A DNA stretch of 63,312 nt, the filler included, from Octopus bimaculoides (Eukaryota): NCBI RefSeq assembly GCF_001194135.2. It is 9 parts of 7 records of this genome, joined end to end, with 100 filler letters (N's around TTAATTAATTAA, not from the genome) between each part and the next. Parts side by side here need not be neighbours in the genome. Positions count along the whole stretch, not along the records: positions 36,439 to 44,770 come from NC_069009.1; positions 44,871 to 47,482 come from NW_026409309.1; positions 47,583 to 48,801 come from NW_026310948.1; positions 48,902 to 54,381 come from NC_068985.1; 5 more parts are not named here. One strand, 5' to 3'. The translations under genes and the position numbers were made by a program. Within the stretch, counting starts at the first letter, position 1; each line of letters begins with the position of its first letter. Under the pieces are notes generated by a model that worked only from the letters and a program-made list of their open reading frames with translations, was not told where the DNA came from and made no database searches. Below are positions 38,780-52,550 of this stretch, in pieces.

Positions 38780-39849
38780 GGATGCGTAAGGTATTTGAGG
38801 ACATACCTTTTTGAGGTCATTGCTGCATTTTTTGCTAATTCTGTATAATCTTTGTTTCAGAAAATAATAATGGCAGACCCTCAGCTTACTCAAGAAATGA
38901 AGGGGTTTGCTGTTATTGTGGTTATAAAGGCTGAGCATAGCGATTTAGAAATATCTTGATTTTTAAAAGTTGCCAGATCTTTGGTCTACAGAGTTTGTAA
39001 GGAGCTAGAGACTGAAGATGGAAACATATCACCAGTATCAAAGCATAAAAAGCTTTCTAAATGCTCTCAAATCATCAGAACACCTGAATTTATCCAGCAA
39101 GTTCAACAGACCCTTGATTACAATCTCAGAAAGTCCATGAGGTCAATCACAAAAAAATTTCCATGTGTCAGGAAGGAACAGTCAGAAATGTTGTCCATGA
39201 AGACATCACCTATAAATCTTTTATGAGGAGGAAATGTCAATTTGTCACAGAAAGCAAAAAAAATATTACTACATCAGATCTAAATGGTTCTTAAAAAAAC
39301 TGAAAAATCCAGCAGAAGAAGATTTGATTTAATTTTTATCAAATTAGCAAAACTTCGACCAAGATCAAAAAGTTAACAGAAGAAATGACAGATGGTTATG
39401 TGCAGACCCTTCTGAAGTTCCAAGTGTTATGCATACAAGATTTCCTGTAACTGTCATAGTTTTAGGGGTTGTTAGCAATGAAGAACATGTGATGCCTCCT
39501 TACTTCTTTCCACAAGGCCTTAGAATTAACTCTGCTGCCTACATAGAGGCCCTGGAAATAATGGTTAAGCCCTGAATAGACAGTGTATGCAATAGAAGAC
39601 CATGTGTTCCAGTAAGACTCTGCACTATCACACATGGCCCCAGTAACACAGGAATGGATGGATGAAAATTTTCATGATCACATAACCCCTAACATTTGGC
39701 CTCCTAATTCCCCCAGATCTCAATCCATTGGACTATTATATGTGGAGTGCTGTTGAGAGGTCAAGGAACACGCCCATAACATTAAAGATTCTTTGAAAGC
39801 TGCCGTAGTCAGAGTAATGTCCAAAATGAACCAGGACCACTTGATTCGC
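38778..39849 (+). mobile_element. Tc1/mariner transposon, DD37D (maT-type) transposase pseudogene; 3' end lost in gap
   Basis: ATG at 38870; HTH-like N-terminus; SN*QNFDQDQKVNRRNDRWL (decayed SDE motif); *DSALSH...WPPNSPDLNPLDYYMWS with 37 residues between the last two Asp after correcting one +1 frameshift. Confidence 0.88.
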
Positions 39850-40109
39850 NNNNNNNNNNNNNNNNNNNNNNNNNNNNNNNNNNNNNNNNNNNNNNNNNNN
39901 NNNNNNNNNNNNNNNNNNNNNNNNNNNNNNNNNNNNNNNNNNNNNNNNNNNNNNNNNNNNNNNNNNNNNNNNNNNNNNNNNNNNNNNNNNNNNNNNNNNN
40001 NNNNNNNNNNNNNNNNNNNNNNNNNNNNNNNNNTAAAGATTCTTTGAAAGCTGCCGTAGTCAGAGTAATGTCCAAAATGAACCAGGACCACTTGATTCGC
40101 GCTTCTAGA

Positions 40110-41050
40110 TGGATAGAAAGACAAAGCTAGATAGGTAGAAAGACAGCTAGATAGGTAGAAAGACAGCTAGATAGGTAGAAAGACAGCTAGATAGACAGAT
40201 AGGCAGACAGTTAGATAGATGGATAGGGAAACAGCTAGATAGTCAGATAGACAAACAGCTTGATAGTTGGACAGACACAGACAGACAGCTAGATAGATGG
40301 ATAGACAGCCAGCTAGATAGACAGATAGACAGAGATAAAGTTAAATAGATAGATGGAAGGATAGAGATAAAGCTGGATGGACAGACAGAGAGCTAAATAA
40401 AGGGATGGAAAAAGAGATGGAAGGATGCACACAGGGACAACTAGAGAAATGGATAGAGATGGATGGGTGGATGGATGGATAGACAGATATGTAGCTAGAT
40501 AGATGGATGGATAGACAGACGGATGGATAGGCAGTCAGCTAGATAGACGGGTAGATAGGCAGACAGCTAGATAGACGGGTAGATAGGCAGACAGCTAGAT
40601 AGACGGGTAGATAGGCAGACAGCTAGATAGACGGGTAGATAGGCAGACGGGTAGATAGGCAGACAGCTAGATAGATGGGTAGATAGGAAGACAGCTAGAC
40701 AGACGGGTAGATAGGAAGACAGCTAGATAGGAAGACAGCTAGATAGGAAGACAGCTAGATAGATTGGTAGGTAGGAAGACAGCTAGACAGACAGGTAGAT
40801 AGGAAGACAGCTACATAGATGGGTAGATAGGAAGACAGCTAGATAGATGGGTAGATAGGAAGACAGGTAGACAGACGGGTAGACAGGAAGACAGTTAGAT
40901 AGCTGGGTAGCCAGGCAGATAGCTAGATATATGGATAGAGAGATAGATAGATAGCTAGATACATAGATGGATGAATAGATAGACACACAAACAGATAGAT
41001 AGATATATAGATAGATAGACAGACAAAGGTAGACAAACAGGTAGAGAGAG
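40110..41050. repeat. GATA/GACA-derived minisatellite with 16-, 20- and 28-bp higher-order units
   Basis: GTAGATAGGCAGACAGCTAGATAGACGG repeated in tandem at ~40551-40640. Confidence 0.9.
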
Positions 41051-41663
41051 GGAAGAAGGTAGAAAAGATTACAATAATAAATTTATTAAAATTATCTTAT
41101 ACTTTATATAAAAAGGAGGCGGGGTGAACAACAGTAAACATCATTATCTAACGTGTCCTTTATCTAAAATTATGAATTAAGCTATATTTGCCTCCTATTT
41201 TTAGCCAATCGAGAGTCTCCGTTGTCGTCTGTCTCATAGTAATAGTGTATGAATAACAGAATAAGAGAATAGTGGCGTGAACGGGAATTGATGAATAATC
41301 GCTGCGATGACGTCATTTGGAGCAGTTCAGCAGCTGATTGACATTTGCCTCATGCTTTACATTCAGCAGGGTCAGACAGCAACGTAGACCATCGCCTGCT
41401 AGAAATAGCAGCCACATCTCAAAATAGCCCACAAATAAAACAGTCTTTAGTCTAAAAAGAAATTGAAAGGGCATGTTAGAAAATACCGTCCAACAAACAC
41501 TACATATTATAAATTAGTTTAAATATATATATATATATATATATATATNNNNNNNNNNNNNNNNNNNNNNNNNNNNNNNNNNNNNNNNNNNNNNNNNNNN
41601 NNNNNNNNNNNNNNNNNNNNNNNNNNNNNNNNNNNNNNNNNNNNNNNNATATATATATATATA

Positions 41664-41780
41664 ACTGGCACTCCGTCGCTTATGACGATGAGAGTTCCAG
41701 CTGATACGATCGGCAGAACAGCCAGCTCATGAGATTAACATGCAAGTGGCTGAGCACTCCACAGACACGTGTACCCCTTT
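41664..41780 (-). mobile_element. SINE family C 3' fragment
   Basis: Reverse complement of 296-402. Confidence 0.7.
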
Positions 41781-42084
41781 ACATACTTCTCATACTTATG
41801 TGTATGTGTGTGAGACAGGTATTTTGTCTTAGATCGCAAGTCACACCTGTATGACTTGTCACTTAGAACGGTGCTGATGTGCCCAAGTTGAAGGAGCTAA
41901 AACCAAAAACTAACCAGTCAATCCAGCAGGTAGGGTCATCACAACGGGGAGGGGGTCCAGTGCAGTGTAAAGCTATCAAGAGGAAAGCCCTAAAATGGTG
42001 AATTGTAAAGCAATCATGAAGGTTCTGAAACAATGCATATTCTTTCTTGTGACCTTTGAAACCGTCAGGTGTCCAGTATCTTTT

Positions 42085-42285
42085 GTCTTTTACTTGCTTT
42101 AGTAATTAGGCTGTGGCCATGCTGGGGCACTGCCATGAAGAATCAATCCCAGTACTTATTGTTTCCATTTTTTAATTTTTACTTATTCTACTGGTCTCTT
42201 TTGCCAAACCGCTAAGTTACAAGGACATAAACACACCAACTCTGGCTGTCAAGTGGTGCTAGGGGACACAGACACACACACACAC
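42085..42285 (-). mobile_element. SINE family A tail half
   Basis: GGCCATGCTGGGGCACTGCC...AAACCGCTAAGTTAC..ACACCAAC. Confidence 0.8.
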
Positions 42286-42789
42286 ATATATATATATACA
42301 GGAAAATAAAAAATAATAATAGTAATAATAAGGCAGAATGCTAAACTGAAAGCATATTTTAATATAGATGTGTATAAGGAGGATTAAAAAGGATTTCTAA
42401 CCGGCTTTCATTGCATAGCAAATTTTCAAGAAGAGGGGAAAATGAAAATAATGTTTTTTACAAAAAAATAAAACATATATAAAGAAATAAATATACCAAT
42501 ACATTATATTGTCTTTGAGCTTTTAAAGTTCAATGGTAATCCATGTAGATAATTGTTAGAAAGATNNNNNNNNNNNNNNNNNNNNNNNNNNNNNNNNNNN
42601 NNNNNNNNNNNNNNNNNNNNNNNNNNNNNNNNNNNNNNNNNNNNNNNNNNNNNNNNNNNNNNNNNNNNNNNNNNNNNNNNNNNNNNNNNNNNNNNNNNNN
42701 NNNNNNNNNNNNNNNNNNNNNNNNNNNNNNNNNNNNNNNNNNNNNNNNNNNNNNNNNNNNNNNNNNNNNNNNNNNNNNNNNNTGGGTAG

Positions 42790-42970
42790 GCAAGAGAAGG
42801 GAATATGGTCACCGAGGAGTTTGTATGTTAAGAAGCGTTTGGAATTTCTCTATAAAAAGATTCTCCTTGTTGATTCTTTCTTGTGTAGGGATTCTGTCTT
42901 TACATTGATAGAAAGGGAATATAAGGAATTTTATTTTCCTAGTATTTCTCCACATGCGGTTAACACAACC
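42790..42970 (-). mobile_element. PLE GIY-YIG C-terminal fragment
   Basis: KFLIFPFYQCKDRIPTQERINKENLFIEKFQTLLN resembles the PLE terminal pattern FxIFPFY...RxxKExxFIxKFxPxLN. Confidence 0.65.
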
Positions 42971-42984
42971 CCACCATTTACTGA

Positions 42985-42989
<5 letters not shown>

Positions 42990-43024
<35 letters not shown>

Positions 43025-43400
43025 CACATATATAATACAAATATGCATATATACGTACATGTATGTACATACCTACATCTACATGTATATATAGATGCAT
43101 ATCTGGGTACAGGACGTCACAAATAAACATGGACAAAATGAAAACAGAACATAAACAGAACACAGAAAACAAACAGGCCACATAGAGAATATTTCCTTCA
43201 TCAGCTGCCCCTATTCTAAACTAAGCGTTTCGAAGAATTAGGTTAGGACGCATGGTTAGAATAGTTCTTCCCGCAGAAACAAATTAGATTAAATTAAATT
43301 TGTAATGTGGAGGAATAGTGGCAAACAGAAAACACGACAGGAAGACGAAACAGTGAAAATGTACAAGAAGGGCTGTAGGCTAGATGTGAAAAAATATCTG
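42990..43400 (-). repeat. Family F-related repeat
   Basis: Reverse complement shares CTGATGAAGG..ATATTCTC and the (TA)-rich ATAGATGTAGGTATGTAC block with 24000-24392. Confidence 0.65.
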
Positions 43401-43604
43401 TATACTGAACGCTGTAATGTGACGAACTGGGGAGAGAAGAAAGTTATATATATATGTAACAAGAAACCAAGTTATATCACTTGAAGGGGTGCATTGCATA
43501 GTTTCCCACCCACGAAATGATCGTTGTGATAAATAAAGTTTCCAGTATACTCTATCTTTCATATCAATTGTTTCTACTATACATATATACATATATATAT
43601 AAAT

Positions 43605-44004
43605 TTGCCAGCTGTAGAAACTCTGACAAATTTAGATTGGAGCCTGGTGTTGCCATCCGGTTTCACCAGTCCTCAGTCAAATCGTCCAACCCATGCTAAC
43701 ATGGAAAGCGGACGTTAAACGATGATGATGATGATGATGATGATGATATACACACACACACGACAGGCTTCTTTTAGTTTCTGTCTACCAAATCCACTCA
43801 CAAGAGGTTGGTGCTAATGTCATGAAAAAACCACCCAGCACACACTGTGAAGTGGTTGGTACCAGGAAAGGCAGTAGAAACCATACCAAAGTAGACAACA
43901 GAGCTTGGCACTGCCCCCTGGACTGTCACCTTCTGTCACGCCATACGACCCATGCCAGCATGGAAAAACAGACGTTATATGATGATGATGATGATGATGA
44001 TGAT
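43605..44004 (+). mobile_element. Two tandem SINE family B 3' parts, each ending in (GAT)n
   Basis: 43605-43748 and 43830-44004 each end ATGC(T/C)A(A/G)CATGGAAA...GACGTTA..(GAT)n. Confidence 0.8.
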
Positions 44005-44132
44005 GAAAGAGTAAAAATTCAGAGAAAAATCTTTGCCAGAAACAAAAAGAAAGATGATACTGGATACAGATTGACAAAATGGAAGGTGGTGAGCGAAACT
44101 CATGAAATATCTCATTCATGTAGGAAAACTCA

Positions 44133-44473
44133 CAGGCATGGCTGTGTGCTTACCACCCACATGCTTTCCAACTACATGGTTCCAGGTTCAGTCCCACTGC
44201 TTGGCACCTAGGGCAAATGTCTTCTACTATAGACTCGGGCCAACCAAAGATTTGGTAGACGGAAACTGAAAGAAGCCTGTCATATATATGAACATATATA
44301 TATTTGCATATGCAAGGAGTGGCTGAGTGGTAAGTAGTTTGCTTACCAACCACATGGTTCTGGGTTCAGTCCTACTGCATAGCACCTTGGGCAAGTGTCT
44401 TCTACTATAGCCTCGGGCCGACCAAAGCCTTGTGAGTGGATTTGGTAGATGGAAACTGAAAGAAGCCCGTCAC

Positions 44474-44517
<44 letters not shown>

Positions 44518-44720
44518 TTGTATCTGTTTGTCCCCCCCACACACAACATCACTTGACAACCAATGCTGGTGTGTTTACGTCCCCAAAACTTAGTGGTTTG
44601 ACAAAAGAGACCGATAGAATAAGTACTAGGCTTACAAAGAATAAGTTCTGGGGTCGATTTGCTCGACTAAAGGCGGTGCTCCAACATGGCCGCAGTCAAA
44701 TGACCGAAACAAGTAAAAGA
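44133..44720 (+). mobile_element. Tandem SINE family A copies (head half 44133-44281, full copy 44313-44720)
   Basis: Two consecutive tRNA-like heads; the second copy has a complete tail. Confidence 0.9.
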
Positions 44721-44869
44721 TATATATATATCTGTATATGTGTTTCTTTGTGGCTATATTTGTCCAACTCNNNNNNNNNNNNNNNNNNNNNNNNNNNNNN
44801 NNNNNNNNNNNNNNTTAATTAATTAANNNNNNNNNNNNNNNNNNNNNNNNNNNNNNNNNNNNNNNNNNN

Positions 44870-44926
44870 NTATATATATATATATAATGTGTGTGTGTTT
44901 CTGTGTCTTTGTGTGACTATGTGTTT

Positions 44927-44961
<35 letters not shown>

Positions 44962-45290
44962 CGTATGTATGAATGTATGTATCATATATATTTAAATTTA
45001 CATTTACATACATACATACATATATACTTTTATATATATATATGCACATATATATATTCCTTTATTTATATATACATATATATATACAGATGTATACATA
45101 CATACATATTTATATGTGGATGTGTATATTTACGCATATATATATATGATTATATGTATATATGTATTTATGTGTGTGTATATATATATTCAAATGTATA
45201 TACACACACAAACATGTGTGTGTGTGTGTGTTTGTGTCTGTGTGTTTGTGTGTATGTGTAGACATATATTATGTGTGTATGCGTGTATGT
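44870..45290. repeat. Compound (TA)/(TG) microsatellite field
   Basis: Directly visible. Confidence 0.9.
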
Positions 45291-46859
45291 TTGTGTCTTC
45301 AGTACTCCGTCAGGGACAGCTCACATCCTCATAGTTCATAAGTCCTCATTTAATACCTAAATCTTATCGCTTTCCAAGAGCAGCACATTTTACTTATTTC
45401 TACAAATATTCTCTCGTCATTCATTAAAGACACACTCTCTTTACTGAACTCTAAAATTCTTCTTTCTTTTTTATTATTTGATCTTTTTTTTTTTTTGCCA
45501 TGAAACAAGTATCTACATTATTGTTGCTGTTGTAGCTATTTTTGTTGTTGTTTTCTTCTAATTGTTGCTGGCGATTAAGGCACAGTTGACAAGCACAGAT
45601 TCAGAAGACCTACGATCAAAATCATTTTGGCTGTGGTTATAGTACCCTGCTGCGAGTATCTAGGAGTACATTATTTAACATCACTTTCCTATTTATAAAC
45701 ATTAGAGTTTGATGAAATGTAGAATATCGTTGCTATTTCTGGCAGACCCAAATTCCCAAATAAAACATCATGCCAAGAACTCAAGGATGATTCATTCTGA
45801 TATTTATGTCAAGAATCTAGTTCTAGAGTTCAGGAGTTTTGGAGAATATGGAGTTGTCTTTCAGCCACCATTGTGATGTCAATTTGTCCTTGAACCTTAA
45901 GGGAAAACTACCCAACATTTTGTGAACAATCATAAGATTGAATATTCCGGAAAAATTTTATTAATCATTCTTTAATCAATCAAATTCCGTGTATGGTGCC
46001 TGATCAGAGAGGATCTATAGTCGATTCAAATCCACTACTGTATAACATACTAGTGTTTGCACTTCATTCTTCATTCCACACCGTGTCACATTCGCCGGCT
46101 TGTTTTTAATTACTCAATATATATTTTATGTGCAACACTCGTCCTCTGATACACAGTTTGTTTTGCATAAAATAAATCTGGACTGTTTCATTAACGACAA
46201 GACGTCATCAGTACAAATATGAGAATTAAGCAATTCACTGGAGTGGTCGGATAATTCATGACTGCTTTATATTACAGCTGAATATTCAATGTCATTGATT
46301 AAGCAACGAGAAAGCGGGCACGTCTTCTTGGAGGAGCACCAACCTTCAAATAGCCCATCAGGAAACTCTCTCATCTTCTCCAGACATGTAAAGCATGTAT
46401 TGGATGAGCTTAATGTATAATAATGTATACACATATCTATATAACTACCAAGCTATCGTATTAGTGTGTCTATCAGTCTGTGTATTGATGTTGGAGCAAT
46501 AAAGACAAACAGACAGACATAGAGGTAAGTAGAAGAACGTGCCTAATCATTCGGAATCCTATCATAGACAACTGTGTAATCTTCCAGAAGACATACATAT
46601 TCATGGAATATGTATTTAATCTACATAAATGTTTATAGATATCAGTCTACAGAGGTGTGTAATTATGATCTTGTATGAATGCTCACATGGATATATATTC
46701 GTATGTAAAAATGCGTGTAAATAAGTATATACCCACACATATATATATATATATATATATATACAGATGCAGATCATATATGTATGTTGTATGGATTCTT
46801 CGTTGTATGTTCCCAGAATTGTGTGTTCATATATACCCATTCGAATAAATACATAATGC

Positions 46860-47306
46860 ATACACTCACACGCAAGGATATATATATATATATATATATA
46901 TACAAACTACATATATATGTATATATATGTGTGTGCATACATAATAATATATATATATGTACTTATATATACATATATATATATNNNNNNNNNNNNNNNN
47001 NNNNNNNNNNNNNNNNNNNNNNNNNNNNNNNNNNNNNNNNNNNNNNNNNNNNNNNNNNNNNNNNNNNNNNNNNNNNNNNNNNNNNNNNNNNNNNNNNNNN
47101 NNNNNNNNNNNNNNNNNNNNNNNNNNNNNNNNNNNNNNNNNNNNNNNNNNNNNNNNNNNNNNNNNNNNNNNNNNNNNNNNNNNNNNNNNNNNNNNNNNNN
47201 NNNNNNNNNNNNNNNNNNNNNNNNNNNNNNNNNNNNNNNNNNNNNNNNNNNNNNNNNNNNNNNNNNNNNNNNNNNNNNNNNNNNNNNNNNNNNNNNNNNN
47301 NNNNNN

Positions 47307-47365
<59 letters not shown>

Positions 47366-47942
47366 CGGAGACATAATGTATGTGTGTGCAGCGCATATAT
47401 GTCTGTATTCATGCACATACATAATCCCGTACTCACATATACATATCGGTGTGTATATGTATGCATACGCTTAAATATGTATNNNNNNNNNNNNNNNNNN
47501 NNNNNNNNNNNNNNNNNNNNNNNNNNTTAATTAATTAANNNNNNNNNNNNNNNNNNNNNNNNNNNNNNNNNNNNNNNNNNNNTCACCCTCACACACTCCC
47601 AAATATATACATATTATATAGATACACATATATATATATACTCTAATTTATACACAAAAAATATACATATATATACTCAAATGTACATACATATATATAC
47701 ACAATACACACACACAAATATATGCAGGAACACACACATATATATATATATATACATATAAAAATGAATACTTAAACATATATACATGCACACAAATATA
47801 TAAACATACTAACACATCTAGACTAAAACACACACACTCACATATATACATATACTCATACACATACATATAAGTACATGCATAAACATAAATATACATA
47901 TATATANNNNNNNNNNACATATAAGTACATGCATAAACATAA

Positions 47943-47988
<46 letters not shown>

Positions 47989-48210
47989 CATATATACACA
48001 TTCTTAAACACTCACGACTATAAATATATAAAGAAAGAATATTATAAATATATACATAAAACTATATACATACACATATATATATATATACTTACTAATT
48101 TATATAGACAAATCACACACAATCACAAATATACTTATACCCATATGTATACATATATATACACATATACATAAGTACATACATAAATATACATATATAC
48201 AAAAACACGC

Positions 48211-48244
<34 letters not shown>

Positions 48245-48603
48245 ATAAAAATTCACACATATAAATATATAAAGAAGGAATATTATAAAACAAAGCCACA
48301 CTCACACACTCACTCATACACACAATATATATAAATATACATCTATACACACAAAAACATATATTTATACATATATGTGAATACAAGTATACTCTCAACA
48401 TACACAAACATATATAAACACAAACAAATATATATACTTAAACCTATATAAATACATACGTAAACATATATACATACACCTAATTATATACATACATACT
48501 AACACATATAGACTAAGACACGCACACTCATATATATATATACATATAATCATACATATTCACATACCCATATGTATATACAAAAAAAACATATACACAA
48601 CCA

Positions 48604-48640
<37 letters not shown>
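46860..48640. repeat. (TA)/(CA)-rich low-complexity field with internal re-duplications and gaps
   Basis: ATACTAACACAT.TAGACTAA at ~47806 and ~48496; TATAAATATATAAAGAA.GAATATTATAAA at ~48019 and ~48261. Confidence 0.85.
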
Positions 48641-48644
<4 letters not shown>

Positions 48645-49239
48645 CACCGTCTGTAAACAGGTTTGGCTATCTTCTAGAATATGATACTACTAACTACCTT
48701 TCCCACCCATCTCTCCCTTTATTTCTGTCCTTGGTTTATCACCCATACCCGCACCACCTATATACTACATCTGCGCATTCCTTCCTACTCACTAAACCTT
48801 TNNNNNNNNNNNNNNNNNNNNNNNNNNNNNNNNNNNNNNNNNNNNTTAATTAATTAANNNNNNNNNNNNNNNNNNNNNNNNNNNNNNNNNNNNNNNNNNN
48901 NATATATATATGTATATATATATATATATATGGTAATGAAATCTTTTGGTAAACCTTAGTCACAGAGACAAAGCATACCAGTGAATATTGTAATCTTTAT
49001 GGAGAGAGAAAGACGGACAGAATTGTTTGAATGATGGACAGAATAGGTTCGGTATTGTCGTTCTATTGCTTTTATGTGTTGAGTTCAAATCTTTCCAGTG
49101 TCTACACTGGTTTTTATCATAAAAAAAATAAATAAAGTTTCGCCGAAATACTAGAATGATGTAATTGCCTCTTTTCTCACCTGTCCTCTTTGTATTTGTG
49201 GTGCAGTGTCTTCTCTATAACAAATTAACACTTTGCAAC

Positions 49240-49910
49240 TAGATATCTCCGGCTTATGCACACATGCATGAAGCGGTCGGATTAAGCTCCAGTCCATCTA
49301 TGTTTATTTCGGGGATTTGGTTAAGAAAACAAACAAAACACAGTGATAAATGAATCATCTCAACGCATTTGTAAATTGAACGACTGGTAGATTCAGTAAC
49401 ACCAAACTCGCGGATCGCAGCAGCGAACTTTCCACTGATACATATTTTCTTGATCATCTCTACTTTTTCTTGTATCTGTCATTTGTTAGGATCATCATAC
49501 TTAGTATGTTCACTGCTCTCATGGTGACGGGTACAAGGTGATAAATCTGTAAATAAATTACGCAGCACAGTCTAATAAACACAAATGAAAGTGCATTTTT
49601 AGTTGCTGAGCATTGTGGACGGTCGATGGGGCGCATTTTCGCGGTACATGCAGAATTTTTCACTGATCACCGACTCATGTTATCACAAATCAATCCGTGA
49701 TAAGTGTAACATGGTTCGAAATTGAACGTTCCGTATAATTCCGGATCAGTGATGAATGAACTAGTGATAAACTGGGCTGCATGCACTTTCCTAATACTTA
49801 TTTTATCGAAATGCAGGAAAAATTTTAAACAATATGACGGGGAGTTTTTCTCTCGTAGTTGCTTGGATAAACTTAGCTGATCGATGATTTGTCAATTCGT
49901 TATATTGTAC
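49240..49910 (-). mobile_element. pogo/Tigger-type transposon 5' remnant
   Basis: Minus-strand ICISGKFAAAIREFGVTESTSRSIYK resembles the pogo N-terminal HTH (IAREFGxxESTIRxIxK); TCGTTATATTGTAC near 49900 resembles a Tigger-like terminus. Confidence 0.5.
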
Positions 49911-50192
49911 ATATGAGCCTCTGCTGTTCTTGCTTTTAATGCACTGCAGTCGTATTGCGGTGAGCTGCCAGAATCGTTAGATCATCGGCAAAAATGCTTT
50001 GCAGTATTTCTTCCACTTTTTTTTTTTTTTGCATTCTGAATTCAAATCACAACAAGGACCGTCTAATCTCCCAACCCTAAATTACTGGCATTGTACCGGA
50101 ATCAGAAAGCAATTTATATCAGTTTATATGTTAAGTCGACTCGGGAGATTTAAATCGCATAATGGAAAGGGAGGTAAGAGCGGCGAGCTCGC

Positions 50193-50430
50193 AGAATTTT
50201 TTAGAACGTCAGAAGAAAACAAAACAAGTAAAAAAAAAAAGAACATTTCACTTTTTCTACCAATCCTTTACTTGTTTAGTTCAAATCTCGCTGAGGTAAT
50301 CTTTGCCTTTCATCTCTCCGGGTTTGATAGAGTAAGGTTCCAGTCAAGTACTGAGATCGATGTTATTGTCCACTTCTTTCCTCTCCTCAACACTGGTGCC
50401 TCTCCTCAACACTGGTGCCTTTGCGTCTAA
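50193..50430 (+). mobile_element. Diverged SINE family E (Deu/Nin-like domain)
   Basis: GCGGCGAGCTCGCAGAA head; CTTTGCCTTTCATC...GGTTTGATA; ends with a 19-bp tandem duplication CTCTCCTCAACACTGGTGC. Confidence 0.65.
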
Positions 50431-50599
50431 ATCAGTGGTATTGTTAAACTGTTAAATCGACTCCAGCAGAATTTGAGTTCTTAATGTAAGGGGAGATAAT
50501 TCAACACTGCAAATAAAATAGCTTAAAGTTTTAACTTATTATTTCAGTAATAATCGTTATAAGAACTTAATATTCTATCTTTTATGTTTTACCATTTAT

Positions 50600-50955
50600 T
50601 CGTTTCAGTCGGATTGTGGCCATGCTGGGTCACCGCCTTCAAGGGATTAGTCGAACAACGAATTGATTTTAGCACTTCACTCTTAAAGTCTGGTATTTAT
50701 TCAATCGACTTCCTTTTGCAGAATTGGTAAGTTACATAAACAAACCAACACCGGTTGTCAGGCAGCAGTGAGGGATAAACACCAACACACACACGCACAC
50801 ACACGAAAGGTTTCTTCCAGGTTCCATCTACCAAATCTACTCACAAGTCTTTGGTCGACCCGGAGTTACAGCAGAAGACGCTTGTCCAATATGGTATTGG
50901 ATACGGAACCATGTAAATGGGAAGCAAAACTTCCTAACCACATAGCCACAAATGC
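50600..50955 (-). mobile_element. SINE family A, diverged
   Basis: Reverse-complement match to head and tail. Confidence 0.8.
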
Positions 50956-51266
50956 GCCCCAGCCAAACCTAGTTTAGCTTATTTAATAAATATAAGATGA
51001 TATGCTTTGTGGTGACTAAGGACAAACCCCACCGAGGTTAATAAAGTAAATTACTGCTTAAGTACTGGCGTTGGTATAATAATCTACCACTTAGTACATT
51101 CTCCTTCATTTTTTTTTGTTCCTTTTTGGACAGTTTCAATAGCATATCAATTTCTTTTCTATGAGAAAACGTTGCTAATATATTTTTGATTTCTGGTGAA
51201 AGGAACGCCGTAGATGATTCCCAACTCTTCTAGCGCAAAGGTAGCCGTACCGTACGCATGAAAGAC

Positions 51267-51311
<45 letters not shown>

Positions 51312-51632
51312 TAATATATNNNNNNNNNNNNNNNNNNNNNNNNNNNNNNNNNNNNNNNNNNNNNNNNNNNNNNNNNNNNNNNNNNNNNNNNNNNNNCTGT
51401 AAGACCTTCTATTTATAAATGTTCTATATTATACACAGCCTTGGTTTTTAAAATTTTTTTTATCTCATTACGAAAAGTAAATCCTCATATTCACACGCTG
51501 ATATATGACCTACGTTGGACCCCTTATTCGCATAATCACCCAACCTGGAGCTTAACTATAGTCTATCCACAGCACTTACTCAGTATTACCTGAAACCTCT
51601 GGGTGTAACTGACACCACTATCACTCATAACC

Positions 51633-51681
<49 letters not shown>

Positions 51682-51894
51682 ATTTATCTAAAATAGGTGC
51701 AGGAGTGGCTGTGTTGTAAGAAGTTTGCTTCTCATAATATATATTATGCCGTACATTGATAACGTGTGATTGCCCTTCATTGGCATTCTAATTCCGGTAA
51801 GGGTCATATGTATTCAAGGATTTCTAGTTTATGAAGATTTTGTTGCAACTGTGCAGGCTAGTTTGTGTAGGTAAGAAGCTTGCTTCTCAACCGT

Positions 51895-51978
51895 ATGGTA
51901 CTTATTCTTTCGGTATCTTTTATCAAACCGCTAAGTTACGGGGATATAAACAAACCAATATAGGTTGGGATACAAACA

Positions 51979-52019
<41 letters not shown>

Positions 52020-52263
52020 ACACAGACACGCGCGCACACATGCACATGCACGCACACACGCACGCACGCACACACACACATGCACACACGCACGCACACA
52101 CAAATGACGAGGTTTCACTCAGTTTTTGTCTATCAAATTCACTCGCATGGCGTTGGATGGCCCGGGGCTTTAGTAGAAAACACTTGCCCAAGGTGCCGCG
52201 TAGTGGAACTGAACTCGAAACCTCGTGGTTGTAGAGCGAGCTACTTAACTACACGGCCATGCT
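51895..52263 (-). mobile_element. SINE family A, diverged, with expanded central (CA)n
   Basis: CACTTGCCCAAGGTGCCGCGTAGTGGAACTGAAC. Confidence 0.8.
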
Positions 52264-52358
52264 GGCATATGCATATCTGTGTGTGTGTGTGTACATCTAT
52301 CTATCTATCTGTCTATCTATGAGGTTTTGCGGGTGTTGAAGTTAGGGACAGCATTCAT

Positions 52359-52540
52359 GGCAAGTTGGTAGAACCGTTAGCCCACCGGGAAAACTGCTTA
52401 GCGGCATTTCTTTCGTCTTTACGTTCTGAGTTCAAATTCCACCGAGGTCGATTTTGCCTTTTTTCCTTTCGGGGCCGATAAAATAACACTGGGGTCAATA
52501 TGATCCAAACTCCCGCTTCCCGGAAATTCTGAAACCGATA
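52359..52540 (+). mobile_element. SINE family E
   Basis: CGTTCTGAGTTCAAATTCCACCGAGGTCGATTTTGCC...CCTTTCGGGGCCGATAAA. Confidence 0.85.
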
Positions 52541-52550
52541 TAGACATATA

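Noticed and set aside
39782-40100. 67-bp exact direct repeat flanking a gap (similar case at 47876-47950)
   Set aside because: Identical sequence on both sides of an N-run indicates unmerged contig overlap
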